DNA of 64,000 bases. It comes from Okamejei kenojei. Its lineage: Eukaryota. The DNA is taken from assembly GCA_035221665.1 (NCBI GenBank), contig CM069132.1:20708001-20772000 (forward strand), read 5' to 3'. Both the position numbers and the translations under genes were made by a program. The notes beneath the pieces are model-generated. The model was not told the origin of the DNA. It was given only the letters and a program-made list of their open reading frames with translations, and did not search any database. Positions within the stretch are counted from its first letter, which is position 1; every line of letters begins with the position of its first letter. Shown here in pieces: positions 23,926-37,039 of the stretch.

Positions 23926-24740
23926 CGCAGACTATATTGAATTTTGATATAGATAACCCCAGGAACAGCTAATATTATTAAACTTACGCTTACTACGGCT
24001 TAAATCCAGACACCTGATAGTCGTTTCTTTCCTAAATACAGAAAATGTTATTAACATTTTATATCATTTGCCTCCATTAAAGATCTAGAATATTTTTAAC
24101 AGCAAAGATAATTTCTTTCAACTATTAGATATATATTTTAATACTCCTGCTAACATTTATCCAAGTGGATGAGTTGGTTACTCAATAACACTAATATTAT
24201 GATTAACTTCCAGTTCTCTCATTAGTTGGTATTTTTAATGTAGACTTTTAACTGCATTTTAAATACCATCCCTTTTAACACTTACTTTCACAAACAGGGG
24301 AAAAGGATGATAGATCTACATTATATATTTAGGCTGTAAAGTATCACATTCCCTCAGATCTAACAAACCATAAATAAGTTGGATTATTATCAAGGGACTC
24401 CCCTTTATAAAAGTCAGGCTGGAGTCATTGTATGCAGTAACAAAAGGATATTTAGCAACATGAAAACAGAAGGTTCAATAAGAACGCCTCTTTGCAATAA
24501 ATCAGCTCTACATTAACTTTGCTTCTAAACATATCCCCCAGTCCCATAGACTTGGGTTTGCATCCACTGTCCAATTGTTTCCCTTGTAACATTTGCCATT
24601 TTCGCTTTAACTTCACATTTTATATTTATGTATTTGCAAAGTTGAGTCGTAGATAAATACAGTACAAAAACAGGCCCTTCGGCCCATCGAATCAATACTG
24701 TCCTTCATCGGCCATTTAAACCAATCCTGAATTAATCCTA

Positions 24741-24989
24741 GATCCAAAGAACTGCCAATGCTGGTTAATACACAAAAAGGACACATTGGCGCAGCGGTAG
24801 AGTTGCTGCCTTACAGCGCCGGAGACCCGGGCTCAATTCTGACAACATGTGCTGTCTGTACAGGGTTTGTACACCTATCCATGTTCATGAAATGTATCCA
24901 TTTATGTGAACAATGTATCCATAAAATGTCATCTATCCATGTTCTCCAGGGATGCTGCCTGACCCGCTGAATTACTTCAGCAATTTGTG
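24741..24989. mobile_element. Penelope / V-SINE-head chimera bounded by a 16-bp TSD
   Basis: tcctgaattaatccta at 24725-24740 and 24990-25005. Confidence 0.7.
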
Positions 24990-25124
24990 TCCTGAATTAA
25001 TCCTATTTTTTCTCCTCCCTACATTCTCCTCAACTCTCCCTAGATTCTACTGGTCAGTTACACATCAGGCACCTGAACTGCACATATCTCTCCAAATGTG
25101 ACTGAACCAAAGTCCTATTGTTAA

Positions 25125-25240
25125 GTGTAAGAAGGAACTGCAGATGCCGGTTTGAACCGAAGATAGACACAAAAAGCTGGAGTAACTCAGCGGGACAGGC
25201 AGCATCTCTGGGGAGAAGGAATGAGAGACGTTTCGGGTCA
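25125..25240 (-). mobile_element. Miniature Penelope-derived element
   Basis: gtgtaagaaggaactgcagatgc...gacgtttcgggtc, truncated inside the hammerhead. Confidence 0.75.
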
Positions 25241-25499
25241 AAAATTAAGAGACGCCAATTATATTTTGAACGGAGTGGAACTCGTTGACAACCAAAAAAA
25301 GAGAGCTGGTAGAAATTCTCACTAACCATTTGAGAACACTTAAAAAATGTGATAGATTTGCAGATTTTGAGGTCATCAATGGACATCGGTTTAGTGTAGG
25401 AAAGTGTTTCTGAGGGAAAATGTCAACTATGATCTTATTGAATGGTGGAATAAGCATGAGCAGCTGAAAACCCTTCTCCTGCTTCTATTTAATTTGTTG

Positions 25500-25818
25500 T
25501 TTAGTATAGTTTAGTTTAGACATACAGCATGGAAACAGGCCCTTCAGCCCATGGGGTCCGTGCCAACCAACAACCACCCACATGTTCTATGTTATCCCAG
25601 TTTCGCGCCCTACACACTAGGGGCAATTTACAGAAGCCCCCCAAATAACCTACAAATTTACGACTTTGGAATGTGGGAGAAACAGGGAGCACCCGGAGAG
25701 AACACACATGGTCGCAGGGAGAATGTACATACTCCATGCAGTCAGCAAGCGTAGTCAGGATCAAACCCAAGGTTCTCACGCTGTAAGGCAGCAACTTTAC
25801 CGCTGCCCCACTGTGCCA
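25500..25818 (-). mobile_element. V-SINE
   Basis: Tail, V domain and head on the minus strand. Confidence 0.85.
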
Positions 25819-25909
25819 TCATTCCATCGCAAACTCACGTGGTCAAAAGCAAATACAAAATTACCAAGAGGCGGACTATCCTCTCCCTTTAAGTTGGCAA
25901 TTATAATAT

Positions 25910-26060
25910 TTAGAAACATAGAAGATAGGTGCAGGAGTAGGCCATTCGGCTCGTTGAGCCAGCACTGCCATTCAATATGATCATGGCCGATCATCCAAAA
26001 TCAATACCCCATTCCTGCTTTCTCCCCATATCCCTTGATTCTGTTAGCCCTAACTCTCTC
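25910..26060 (-). mobile_element. CR1 3' tail fragment
   Basis: tagaaacatagaa..aggtgcaggagtaggccattcggc. Confidence 0.8.
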
Positions 26061-26804
26061 TCAATGTGAAATCAGAATGCTAAAACAGTGATGCCCACAT
26101 TCAAAAATAAAACTAACTTCATTAAAAAAGAACATAGTTTGCATTGTTTGAGAACTGCCTGCTTGCAAGAATTTCAAGCCAGCTGAAAAGGTGTGATTCT
26201 GATCTCTTGCATCATCAGTTTGATCCATCAGATATCTTCACAGCTGCACTTCACTGGCTGTGCAATGTGGCTGGGGAACTTTGTCAATGCGTGCCTTTCT
26301 TCCATTGTTAGCTCTACTGTGCTCCTCACGGTCTCACAGAGACACTTATTGCCGTTTAGTTGAAGTCATTGCCTCAGCCGAGCATTGGAGCAGAAGACAT
26401 ATGCTGCACTGCTGCAACACCCTTGTCAGAACATTTCCTGCAGATGCTTTGGATTCATTCCAGTTGGAAGATTACTGCGGGGACCCAATTGTCTTTTTAT
26501 CTCGTAGATGTGGTTATACTGTCACTTAATTGATGTGAAGTCAATTTGGAAGCACATCAACGTAACTACAGCACTTTAATTCAAGTGATTACCAACCGCA
26601 TTAAACTTTGAAGTGAGAAATCTCTCCGTGAAGCTGCCTGACTCTCACTGAGGTCAACTTGGGTGCAGGATTAGTTCCTATCCAGAGAAGGCACTCATTT
26701 TCTACTGAGTTTGCAGTTAGTCTGCCACAATGGCAGACACAAGGGCTTAGCTATGGTCCACATATCGCAGCTGCTGCAAAAAGAAAACTAATATTTTGTA
26801 ACTT

Positions 26805-27086
26805 TTATACTTTAGAGACACAATGCAGAAACAGGCCCTTCAGCCCATCGAGTACGTGCCGCCCAGCGCACACTAGCACTATCCTACGCACTAGGAACAA
26901 CATACAATTTTACTGAAGCCAATTAACCCACAAACCTGTACGTCTTTGGAGTGTGGGAGGAAACCGGAGCACCCGGATGAAACCCACCCACAGGGAGAAC
27001 ACATCAAACTCCGCACAGACCCGTAGTCAGGATCAAACCTGGCGCTGTAAGGCAGTAACTCTACCACTGCGCCACTGTGCTGCCCT
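26805..27086 (-). mobile_element. V-SINE
   Basis: Same diagnostic blocks. Confidence 0.85.
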
Positions 27087-27623
27087 GGATTAACCTATTT
27101 CAACTCTACAAAAACCGGGCGCAAAGTCTCTCTGAGATTCTTACACACGTTCTAAATTGATAAACAATTTGTTTGAAAGACTCGGTGTGGATTTCCAAAA
27201 GGCAATATCTCAACATTAATCCTTTCAACAAAGCAGAAAGGTTTACTGAGATGGGATATTTGTTTGGAAGCAAATTTTAAATGATAAATTCACTGATTCA
27301 AGTACTGTCGCAAAATCCTTACTGTTATCGAGGATGATATCTGCACATTAGTTGGCGCCTCCAAGCTTCCCTTTGTTCCTATGTTTTAATCTTTAAACCA
27401 GCTGCCCAGAGATAACTTCAGAGCAGGCGTTTTGTACAGAAACACTGTATCTTGGTTAATGTGTCGCCCACAAATCTTGAACTCTTGTTTTTTTGTGAAA
27501 CCTCACTGTAGTTGAAAATGTATTATGTCATTCAGCTGAGAAATCTATAAAAGAAAGAGTCTGGGCAACAGTGACTGGCCAGTCAGAGTTTACTGGCAGA
27601 CATTTACATTTACACTTCACACA

Positions 27624-27851
27624 TTAGACTTTAGAGACACAGCATGGAAACAGGCCCTTCGGCCCATCATGCCCACCAGCGAGCACCCCGTACACTAGTT
27701 CTATCCTACGCACTACGGAGCTTCCTGGAGAAAACCCACGCGGTCACAGGGAAAACATGCAAGCTCCATACAGACAGCACCCCTGGTCAGGATCAAACCC
27801 AGGTCCCTGGCACCGTAAGGCAGCAACTGTGCTACTGCGCTACTCTGCCGC
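27624..27851 (-). mobile_element. V-SINE with internal deletion
   Basis: Tail and head present, centre missing. Confidence 0.75.
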
Positions 27852-28094
27852 TTGATTTCTTGATTTCTTCACACTAAAATGCCCTTTTCCATCTCTGTAA
27901 ACGAATTACACTTAGTGCTGAAAATTTCAGACATGTTTGTTAGCTCACAAACTCTGTGACCCATGTGCTAACTCTCACCAAGTCTTGTTTGCCTAACAAT
28001 TCCATGTTCCCTGATCTACAGTGGGTCGCCAATAATGGATGCTGAAAGGACCAGTGGTTCTGATGAGAGAGAGACATGTAATCAGCACTTGTGT

Positions 28095-28372
28095 TTAGCT
28101 TAATTTAGTTTATTGTCATGTGTACCGAGGTACAGTGTTGTGTGCTAACCAGTCAGTGGAGAGACTATATATGTTTACAATCAAGCTGCCCACAGTGTAA
28201 AGGTTCAGGATAAAAGGAATAACGTTTAGTGCAAGATAAAGTCCAGTAAAGTCCGATTATAGTCTGAGGGTCTTCAATGAGGTAGATAGCAGCACAGGAC
28301 TGCTCTCTAGTTGTTGGAAGGACGGGTCAGTTGCCTGATAACAGCTGGGAAGAAAAGGTCTCTGAATCTGTA
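28095..28372 (-). mobile_element. Rex-Babar 3'UTR fragment
   Basis: tttattgtcatgtgtaccgaggtacagtg...cctgataacagctgggaagaa, as in 14135-14430. Confidence 0.65.
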
Positions 28373-28678
28373 TAAACCGATGCTGTGTTTTGGATTTAAG
28401 GACTTGGCCGCTGGAAGGATCTCTCTCAGCTCCAACTGCAGAGTTTTCACTGAGTCACTAGCTGAGTTATACCATTAGTCCGCTGAGCTCAAACGAGCCT
28501 GCTTCAGAAAACGAGTATCACTTCCAGCCATGTGGGTTGAAGATTCAATTGAAAATCACTTCAACCTGCATTTCCAGCAACCAAGCAGGCCTGGGAGTCA
28601 TTATGAAGAATTAGCTTACAGCACAGATGTAAGTTGACATCTAAGGAAGGTTGGCAGAGGCTCTGTGGTGTATTAATG

Positions 28679-29706
28679 TAGGTATGTTACAAAACTTACC
28701 TTGAGCAGCGCTGCAGTTCTGCCACTTGTGCGTGGCAGTGTGCGTGACTTTGGCGCCTTTCAGAGGGGGGCGTGTTTAAAATGCCGTTTTCCAGGGCAAA
28801 TCGATCCATGTCAGGGGATTTCTTGCTGAAGAAAAATCGCTCCGACATTTGATTTATGAAGGTATTTTTAAATTATGCTAGATTATTTATTAGCTAGAGT
28901 AATTTAAAAATCATCTTCTAAACCCGTGAGCGCCAACAACGGGAAGGATTTTACGTAGGGGAGAAAAAAAGGTACACAGTTTATTTTTGCATAAAATCGT
29001 GGTTCTTAGGAAGCATTTAATTCCATTTTCATGTTGCGAAATGGGGACAAAAAAAATATACGAACCGGCAGTATTTTTCCTGCCGACTTCACCGCAAACC
29101 GCAACGTTCTAATCCATCGCATTCCACTAAAACCCACTTGCAAGTTGATTTAAATGGCCATTAATTTATGGGAATTAAACACCAAATTCCTTCCATTTTG
29201 GCCTATAAATTCATGAAAATTAGATTTTAAAATCATGTTATATTGTGAATTATTGTATGAATGTTATTTGGACACTTAGGCAACTTAAAAATGTTTATCT
29301 TTTCTTAAGAAATGGATAGATGTTTAGATCTAGTAATTGAATTTTGTAATTAGCTACAATTAGGTAACTAACTAATTATATGCTTTAATTTCAGGTCATC
29401 CAAGTAAGATTGTTTCATATTTGTTTCAGAATGCTTCAATCTATAATAACTGAAAATGTCATTGAGTTCTCTTAATTTTTAAGAAAGTTATGGGCTTTTG
29501 ACTGTCCTAGATCACAGCTTTTGAGTTAAGTCAATGGAAAGGCAATGGGGAACAAGATGCTAATTTCCAAGTATGAAAATGGCCATAACATTTTTAATAC
29601 TGAAGATATGTAAGTGATTTAGGTGTCAAATTAAACTTCTTTTTATGCATTATGGGATAAATTACAGACTTGACTTTTAAAATCTCAAAATGTTGTAACA
29701 TTGCTA
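28679..29706. mobile_element. Non-autonomous DNA transposon (hAT-like termini)
   Basis: Left TAGGTATGTTACAAAA, right end rc TAGCAATGTTACAACA (13/16); ATTAATG flanks both sides (28672-28678, 29707-29713); no ORF. Confidence 0.6.
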
Positions 29707-29789
29707 ATTAATGCACAGTAAGTCCTACCAACCTGGCACTCAAAAATAGAGCAGGAAACCGCACCTTCCTTGCAGCCAGTATGAAGTCT

Positions 29790-31793
29790 TTCTTTTTTTT
29801 GTGGGTTTTTGTGTTTATTTTATTAGAAGTTAATACAGTACAAAACAAAACAGTGGCACCTAATTTTAGGTGCCAACTATGTCATAACGTAATACATTCT
29901 ATGTACAACCTCTTGTTTTATGTTTTTGAAAAGGAAATAAAAAAAGACAAGAGATAGAGAGAAGAAAAAGAGGAAAACTAAACAGTAAAAAATAGAAAAA
30001 CGTGAAGTGTGTATATAAGAAAAGAAAAAGTAGAAAGTAGAAATAGGAGAAAAAGACCCTTAAAAAAGAAAATGTTTCAAATCTTTGTTTGGAGATGTAA
30101 ATCTACCCACAACCTGACCTGAAATCAGTAATCTTTACGGTACTGCGGCATCACATGATTCCAAAAAGTCGATGAAAGGGGACCAACTCCTTAAGAATTG
30201 GTCATATTTGTCTATTAGGCGGAGTCTCATTTCTTCAAGGTGAGCTATGTCCGTCATATTACTAATCCACATTTTAATAGTTGGTATAGCTGTAATTTTC
30301 CAAAATTTAAATATCAATTTTTAATCCATAATTAAAGAATACTTTTTGGTATTTGTTTAAATTGATATCTTCTACTATTATTCCGAATATAATCCATTCC
30401 GTATTAGGTTCTATTCTTAACTTGAAGAGCTTTGTAAATATATCAAATATATCGCTCCAAAATTTATTCAACTTTGTACATCCTACAAATTAATGTGTTA
30501 TATTGGCATTTTGAAACAAACATTTATCGCATCTAGGAGAGACGTTTGAGTAGAATTTATTCAACCTCGTTTTTTAATAATATAGTCTACGTAATAATTT
30601 AAATTGAATTAAATTATGTCTTGCATTAATGGAACAATTATGTGTGTTCATCAGATACTTTTCCCATCTATCTTTCGGAATCTTTATCATTAGTTCATGT
30701 TCCCAATCTTATCTTAGTGCCTCTGTTGAGGGTAATTCTCTATTTAATATACTATTATAAAAATATGATATTAGGTTTTGTGAATCAGCCTTAATATTTA
30801 TTGCTTCTTCTAAAGGGTCTAAAAATATAGTTTGAAATCTGTGTATATATTTCTTCATAAAGTCACATATCTGTATATATTTAAAATATTGATTATCATT
30901 CTGTTTAAATTTTGATTTTAATTGTTGAAATGATAACAATTTACCCAATTCATACATATCTCCTACTTTCCTAATTCCCAGTCTATCCCATTGTTTATAT
31001 GTTTTGTCGATAAGAGATGGTTTGAATGCAGGATTATTCAATATTGGGATTAGTACTGATAAATTTCAAGGATAATTTTATTTGTTTCCAAATTCTTATT
31101 GTATTGTGAATAATTGGGTTCTTCTTATATATTATACTATTCAATTTTATCGGTGATCGTTCCTATATCGTACGGGAAACACTCCTCTTTCTCCATTCTT
31201 ATCCACTCTGACTGGTGAGTGGGACTATCCAGCCAGTACATTATGTTCTTAATATGCACTGCCCAGTAGTAATACGTAAAGTTAGGTAATGATAACCCCC
31301 CAACTTCTTTAGGTTTACACAGGTGCTTTAGTTGAATTCTGTGTGCTCTATAATTCCATATAAAATTAGTGATATTAGAATCTAGGTTTTTGAAAAAATA
31401 TTTTGAAATATATATTGGGATAGCTTGAAACAAATATATTAATTGTGGTAAGAAAGTCATTTTTATAGCGTTAATTCTACCTATCAATGAGAGCGGTAGC
31501 GTTTTCCAAAATTTAATCGTAACATTCAGTTTATTTAATAGTGGCATAAAATTGGCACTAAATAATGATTTGTGTCTTCTCGTAATTTGAATACCCAAAT
31601 ACTTGAATTTTTCTGTTGCAATTTTGAAAGGGAATTTTAATAAGTGTCTCGCATCCTGTGCTTTCAAAGACATAATTTTGCTTTTATTCCAATTTATTCT
31701 ATATCCTGAAGAAGAACCAAATACCTCGATTAGTGTTAATAAGGTGGGGATATTCGTTTGTGTATTAGTAATATATAAAAGAATATCGTCAGA
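29790..31793 (-). mobile_element. 5'-truncated L1-clade LINE, decayed
   Basis: (A)DDILL at the right end, FKYLGI, LPLSLIGRINAIKM, FIWN, GGLSLPNF..YYWA; AT-rich; polyA signal and T-run at the left end. Confidence 0.9.
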
Positions 31794-31970
31794 ATGAATT
31801 CTATTTGTTGATTGATTGAGAGATACATGTTTGGCCTGCCTTGGACAAGGCCTTGCTGTCTACTCTGGAATTGTCCTATTCTCTTCCAAATGCAAGTAAA
31901 TCCTATCCTGAAGAAATCTCCCCAACAGCTTCATGAGGCTGATACTGAACAACATTGGCTACACTCCAGG

Positions 31971-32310
31971 CTTTAGTTTAGTTTAGTTTTTTAATTTATT
32001 TTAGTTTAGTTTAGAGATACAGCGTAGCAACAGATCCCCTTGGCCCATCGAGTCCGCACTGACCAGTGATCACCCCATACACTAACACTATCCCACACAC
32101 AAAGGACAATTTACAATTTTTACAGAAGTTGTTTAATCTACAAACCTGTACGTCTTTGGAATGTGGGAGGAAATGGGAGCACCAGGGGAAAACCCATACA
32201 GGTCACGGAAAGAATGTACAAACTGTACAGACAGCAACCGAACCGGTCAGAATCGAACCTGGCTCTTTGCACTGTAAGACAGCAACTCTAACGCTGGACC
32301 ACCCTGCTGC
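31971..32310 (-). mobile_element. V-SINE
   Basis: (tttag)n tail, V domain, head. Confidence 0.85.
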
Positions 32311-33119
32311 TCTCTGGGACCATGTCTGTGGCTGGAGAGGATATAAAGATTTTAGTCAAGGCCCCAAATGTATTGAAGAGCACAAAATGGGGCTAAGAGC
32401 AAAGACTCGCCACACAGGATTGAACTGTCTACTGAGACAGATCCCCAGAGCTGTAGAGTGATTAATGATGGCAGAACCATAGCAGAAATTGGTCTAAAGG
32501 AGATTCAAGCTGCACTATTTTTACATTAGATGAGACAAGATTACAGAAGTTTGTCAAGGGCAGTAACACAAAAAGGATAGTGTCTGATTAGTCACTCATT
32601 CAACGCCCAGCCTGATAATTAATTCTTAGTGAAAATGAATGTCAAGCTGCAACAGATAGTACTTCACTCTGCTTCCCGCGACAAGTTTCAACTTCATTAC
32701 AGACAATCTAAACAGCTTTTACGCTACCACTACAAGGTTGACTATTGGAATTTCACCTTGTAGTGGATTGTAACATCTCCTTGACCCACACACATGTGGT
32801 TCATCAAGTAATGCTCAACATTTAGATCTAAACTAATGATTGGCACTGTTTTTGATAATGTGGGCTAAAATCTGTCTAACTTTCATCGGCCACTCTAAGG
32901 TTGTCTGAGCAAAATTATAATATTTCATAAAATATAAATGTATACATTATAAATTAGATAAATTTCACCCACATCTGTTGACGGGAGAGGATGGTTGGTT
33001 GGTTGTCCACTGTAACTTGTTCCAGGTGCGATGGGTGGTAGATACTGGGGGGAGCTGTTGGGAATATGGGGAGAATTGGATCTAAGGAAAAGTAGTGGGG
33101 ATTGATATTGCTCTGTGAA

Positions 33120-33298
33120 ATATAGAAACATATAAACGTAGAAAATAGGTGCAGTAGGAGGCCATTCGGCCCTTCGAGCCAGCACCACCATTCATTGTGA
33201 TCATGGCTGATCATCTCAATAGCCCGTGCCTGCCTTCTCCCCATATCCCTTGACTCCACTAGCCCCTAGAGCTCTATCTAACTCTAACTTAAATCCAC
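33120..33298 (-). mobile_element. CR1 3' tail fragment
   Basis: gaaaataggtgcagtaggaggccattcggccc..ccttctccccatatccc. Confidence 0.8.
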
Positions 33299-33334
33299 CT
33301 TAAATAAACCTGCAGACTCAATGGGCGTCTTCTA

Positions 33335-33548
33335 AACCCACCTCACCTGTGCCCAACCATCACTTGCCAGGCCCCACTCCCAACTCTCTTTTCCAGCTTT
33401 CTCCCCCCTATTACAATCAGTCTAAAGAAAGATCCTGATCAGAAACATCGTCTGACTATTCCCTCGACAAGATGCTGCCTGAGTTACTCCAACACTTAGA
33501 GTTTTGCTCAATATTTTGTGCTTCTGCAATTCTTAGTGTCTCCTTCTA
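33335..33548 (+). mobile_element. Old Penelope pLTR-like fragment
   Basis: caatcagtctaaagaaagatcctgatcagaaacatc..gatgctgcctgagttactcca (decayed hammerhead). Confidence 0.6.
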
Positions 33549-33611
33549 TGTTGCGAGGAAATTTGAACGTTAACAGAAATGACACATATACATATACTTG
33601 CTCCAGGGTGA

Positions 33612-33897
33612 TATAGACCAGAGGATATAGGTTTAAGGTGAGGGGGGAAAGATTTCATAGAGGCCTGAGGGGTTATTTTTTTACACAAACGGTGGTGGGT
33701 GTATGGAATGAGCTGCCGGAGGAGGCAGTTGAGGCAGGAACTATCACAACGTTTGAGAAACATTTGGACAGGTACATGATAGGATAGGTTTAGGATATGG
33801 CCAAATGCAGGCAGGTGGGACTAGTGTAGATGGGGCATGGGGGTTGGTGTGGGCAAGTTGGGCAGAAGGGCCTGTTTCCATGCTGTATGACTATGAT
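33612..33897 (+). mobile_element. CR1 (HER1-like) 3' fragment
   Basis: Same as 862-1205. Confidence 0.8.
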
Positions 33898-34864
33898 AGC
33901 TTAGCCTTTCCAGGTTTAGAGGAGGCTGAGTAATATACCTTGACTATTATGAATAACCAATGGAAAATGTTAACTGTTCACTTGCCATCCTAACTATCCT
34001 TACAATTCAGAGCTGTTGAGCTATAAGTTGTTCCACATTTATTGCTAAGGGATCATGTTCCCAGGGAACACCTTGAAGTGGCTCTTAATTGATCCACTGA
34101 TATCCCTTACGTCTAATTCTCTTCTGATTGACAATGAAGAAGGCCAACACCCGGGATTGAAAATCTATCATCTAGTGCTTAACAGACTCTTAAAAATGGC
34201 AGTGCCAAATGCAAGACCGTTAACTAAACTGTGCCAATGCCTTAACCTTCTGAACATTGAAATGTTTGCCCGGTTTATCGGCAAATGTAAAAGTTTATTG
34301 AGCTTTTGCGCATTTACATATTTTTTGGGGTTATTTGCTTTAATAGCTGGGGAAGAAAATGTGAAAAATGTGACCTTTCGTGCACAGTAACGATTTTTGC
34401 ATATTGTCAGAGGCAGTTGACTCCCACTAAAAGATAGTTGCCCTGAAATTTAGCACCAATTAACGGTCAATGAATTCCATGGAATAAGTGTCAGAGGCAA
34501 GTGCTGACTCTTCGAATGTAACGCATTTTAACACAGCCAGCCAGGTTGTGAATTTCTTGGTAAGCCTTATCCCCACACAGCTCGGAAGATAAAGGGACAT
34601 GTGTTACGGACAAGGCAGCAGCAACAACAGCTTGCATGGATGTTTCTCCTTTAAAACATAAAATGTACAAAAGTACAGCACAAATATATATCCTTCAGCC
34701 CACAATGTCCATGCCGAATATGATGCCAAATTAAGCTAATCTCCTCTGCCTGCAAATGATCCATATCGCACCATTTCTGGCATTTCCGTGTGCCTATCTA
34801 AATGCTTCTGTAATGCCATTATCGCATCTGCCTCCACCACCAACCCTGGCATCATGTTCCAGGC

Positions 34865-35536
34865 AGACAAAAGTGCTGGAGAAACTCAGCGGGTGCAGCG
34901 GCATCTATGGAGCGAAGGAAATAGGCAACATTTCGGGACAAAACCCTTCTTCAGACTGAATTAGGATGGGGAGAAGAAAGGAGAAAGGAAGAGGAGGAGC
35001 CCGAGAGCTGAGGGAGAGCTGAGAAGGGGAGGAGACAGCAAGGGCTACCGTAAATTGGAGAAGTCAATGTTTATGCCACTAGGGTGCAAACTGCCAAGCT
35101 CCTCCAATTTCCGGTGGTGCTCACTCTGGCCCATGGAGGAGGCCCAGGACAGAAAGGTTGGATTGCATCTATTGCATCCGTTGCTCGAGATGTCAGCTGA
35201 TCTACATCGGTGAGACCAAGCGTAGGCTTGGCGATTGTTTCGCCGAACACCTCCGCTCGGTCCGCATTAACCAACCTGATCTCCCTGTGGCTCAGCATTT
35301 CAACACCCCTCCCATTCCAAATCCAACCTTTCTGTCCTGGGCCTCCTCCATTACCAGAGTGAGCACCACCGGAAATTGGAGGTGCAGCACCCCAGCCTAC
35401 ATCAGTCTGAAGAAGGGTTTCGCCCGAAACGTTGCCTATTTCCTTCGCTCCATAGATGCTGCTGCACCCGCTGAGTTTCTCCAGCACTTTTGTCTACCTT
35501 TGATTTTCCAGCATCTGCAGTTCCTTCTTAAACATA
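34865..35536 (+). mobile_element. Truncated Penelope-like element with inverted 5' pLTR, GIY-YIG fragment and 11-bp TSD
   Basis: CIYCIRCSRCQLIYIGETKRRLGDCFAEHLRSV..PVAQHFN (35158-35310); atgttccaggc at 34854-34864 and 35537-35547; splits an older antisense CR1 tail (~34655-35715). Confidence 0.9.
35403..35436 (+). ncRNA. Minimal hammerhead ribozyme motif (second subfamily)
   Basis: cagtCTGAAGAaGGGtttcgCCCGAAACGTTgcc; AACGTT palindrome in place of stem III. Confidence 0.65.
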
Positions 35537-36449
35537 ATGTTCCAGGCCCTCACCATCCCCAGTAAAAATCTTGCTTTGCACATCTCCTTTAAACATTGCC
35601 ACTCTCAGCTTAAAGCAATGTCCTTTAATCCTTGATTATTTCCACCCTGGGGGAAAGGTCTGACTGCCCCCGGCCTATCTATGCCTCTAATGATGTTAGT
35701 TATTTATATCAGGTCTTAAGCCTGATAGAGCTCCTTATTTTAATAAAGAGATTTATCAGGCACTGAGATGCATTGGAGATAATACGGATAATAAGTAAAT
35801 GCTTGCCAATGAGCCTCTTAAAGGAGGCGAGAGAGAGAGAGAGAGCGGGGGCGGGGGGGGGGGGAGCGAGGCAGAGGGTTTTAGCGAGAGTATTCCAGAA
35901 GTTAGATGGCAGAGGATTTTAATGGTGGATCAAAATAAATTGAGGATGTGCAAGAGACCAGAAATAGAGGGGCGATGGTGGCAGATATGGTTAGAGAGCA
36001 CAGAGAGTTGAACAAAGGTAATTTTAAACGAGGCATGAGGCTAACATAAGTCGGTGAGAACACTAGTAGAAGGGAGCAAGTTAGGGCAAGGGAAGTGAGT
36101 TTGCATTGCCTCGTCTGACTCTCCAGTGCCTCCTGCTAGAAGTGCAATGTGAAGGGCAAGAGAATAAGAAAAACAATCCAATGCAATAATCGTCTTTAAT
36201 CCTGCTCCATTGTTCAATAAAAGCATGGCTGACCTGACCTTAATCTCAGCTCCACTTCCCTGTTTGTTCCCCTTAACCTATGACATCACATTGATCAAAT
36301 ACATGTATTTATCAGCCTCGAAGTAAATGACTCACCCTTCACATGTCTTTGAAATAATAAATTCCAATCAATCACTAGCCTCTAGAAGAAGAATGTCCTC
36401 CTCACCACCACTTCAATTAAGTAGTTCGCCAAGGCTCATCATTCTAGCT

Positions 36450-36905
36450 CAGACTTCAGAGATGCAGATGCAATGCGGAAACAGGCCCTTCGGCTCACCG
36501 AGTCCGTACTGACCAGCAATCACCCCGTACACTAACTTACACACACTGAGGACAATTTTTGCACCTTACCAAAGCCAATTAATCTACAAACCTGCAGGTC
36601 ATTGGAGTGTAGGAGGAAATCAGAGCACCCGGGGAAAACCCACGTTGTCACGGGAAGAACATGCAAACTCCACACAGAGAGCAACCATTGATCATTTCAC
36701 ACCAGTTATCCCACTTTTGGATCCAATCTCCACATACAAGTGGAAATTTTGCTGAGGCCAATTTGTAGGCAAAATGGTTTCTGTAAATTGCCCTTAATAT
36801 ATAGGATAAGAAAAGTGGGATTACATAAAAATAGTGTACGGGTGATCAACGATCAGCATGGAGTCCACGGGCCTGTTTCCATGCTCCATCTCTAAACTCT
36901 AAACA
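36450..36905. mobile_element. V-SINE (-) followed by rearranged SINE 3' pieces in both orientations
   Basis: Minus copy 36450-36690; ttatcccactttt (36707) versus aaaagtgggatta (36811), then a plus-strand tail. Confidence 0.7.
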
Positions 36906-37039
36906 AGAATATTGAAAACACCTGCTCTGTTTTCTGTTAGCAAGCTGGTCCCCTATCTTATTTCCGAAAATCCCATGCATTCTTATCTTGCTGAGTTGTT
37001 TGGTTCCGTATTCTGCGCAGTTCAGAAGATCATGGGGTG

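Noticed and set aside
29778-31802. TSD for the L1 fragment (agtatgaagtct / agaatgaattct)
   Set aside because: Only 10 of 12 match in AT-rich DNA; plausible but not supportable
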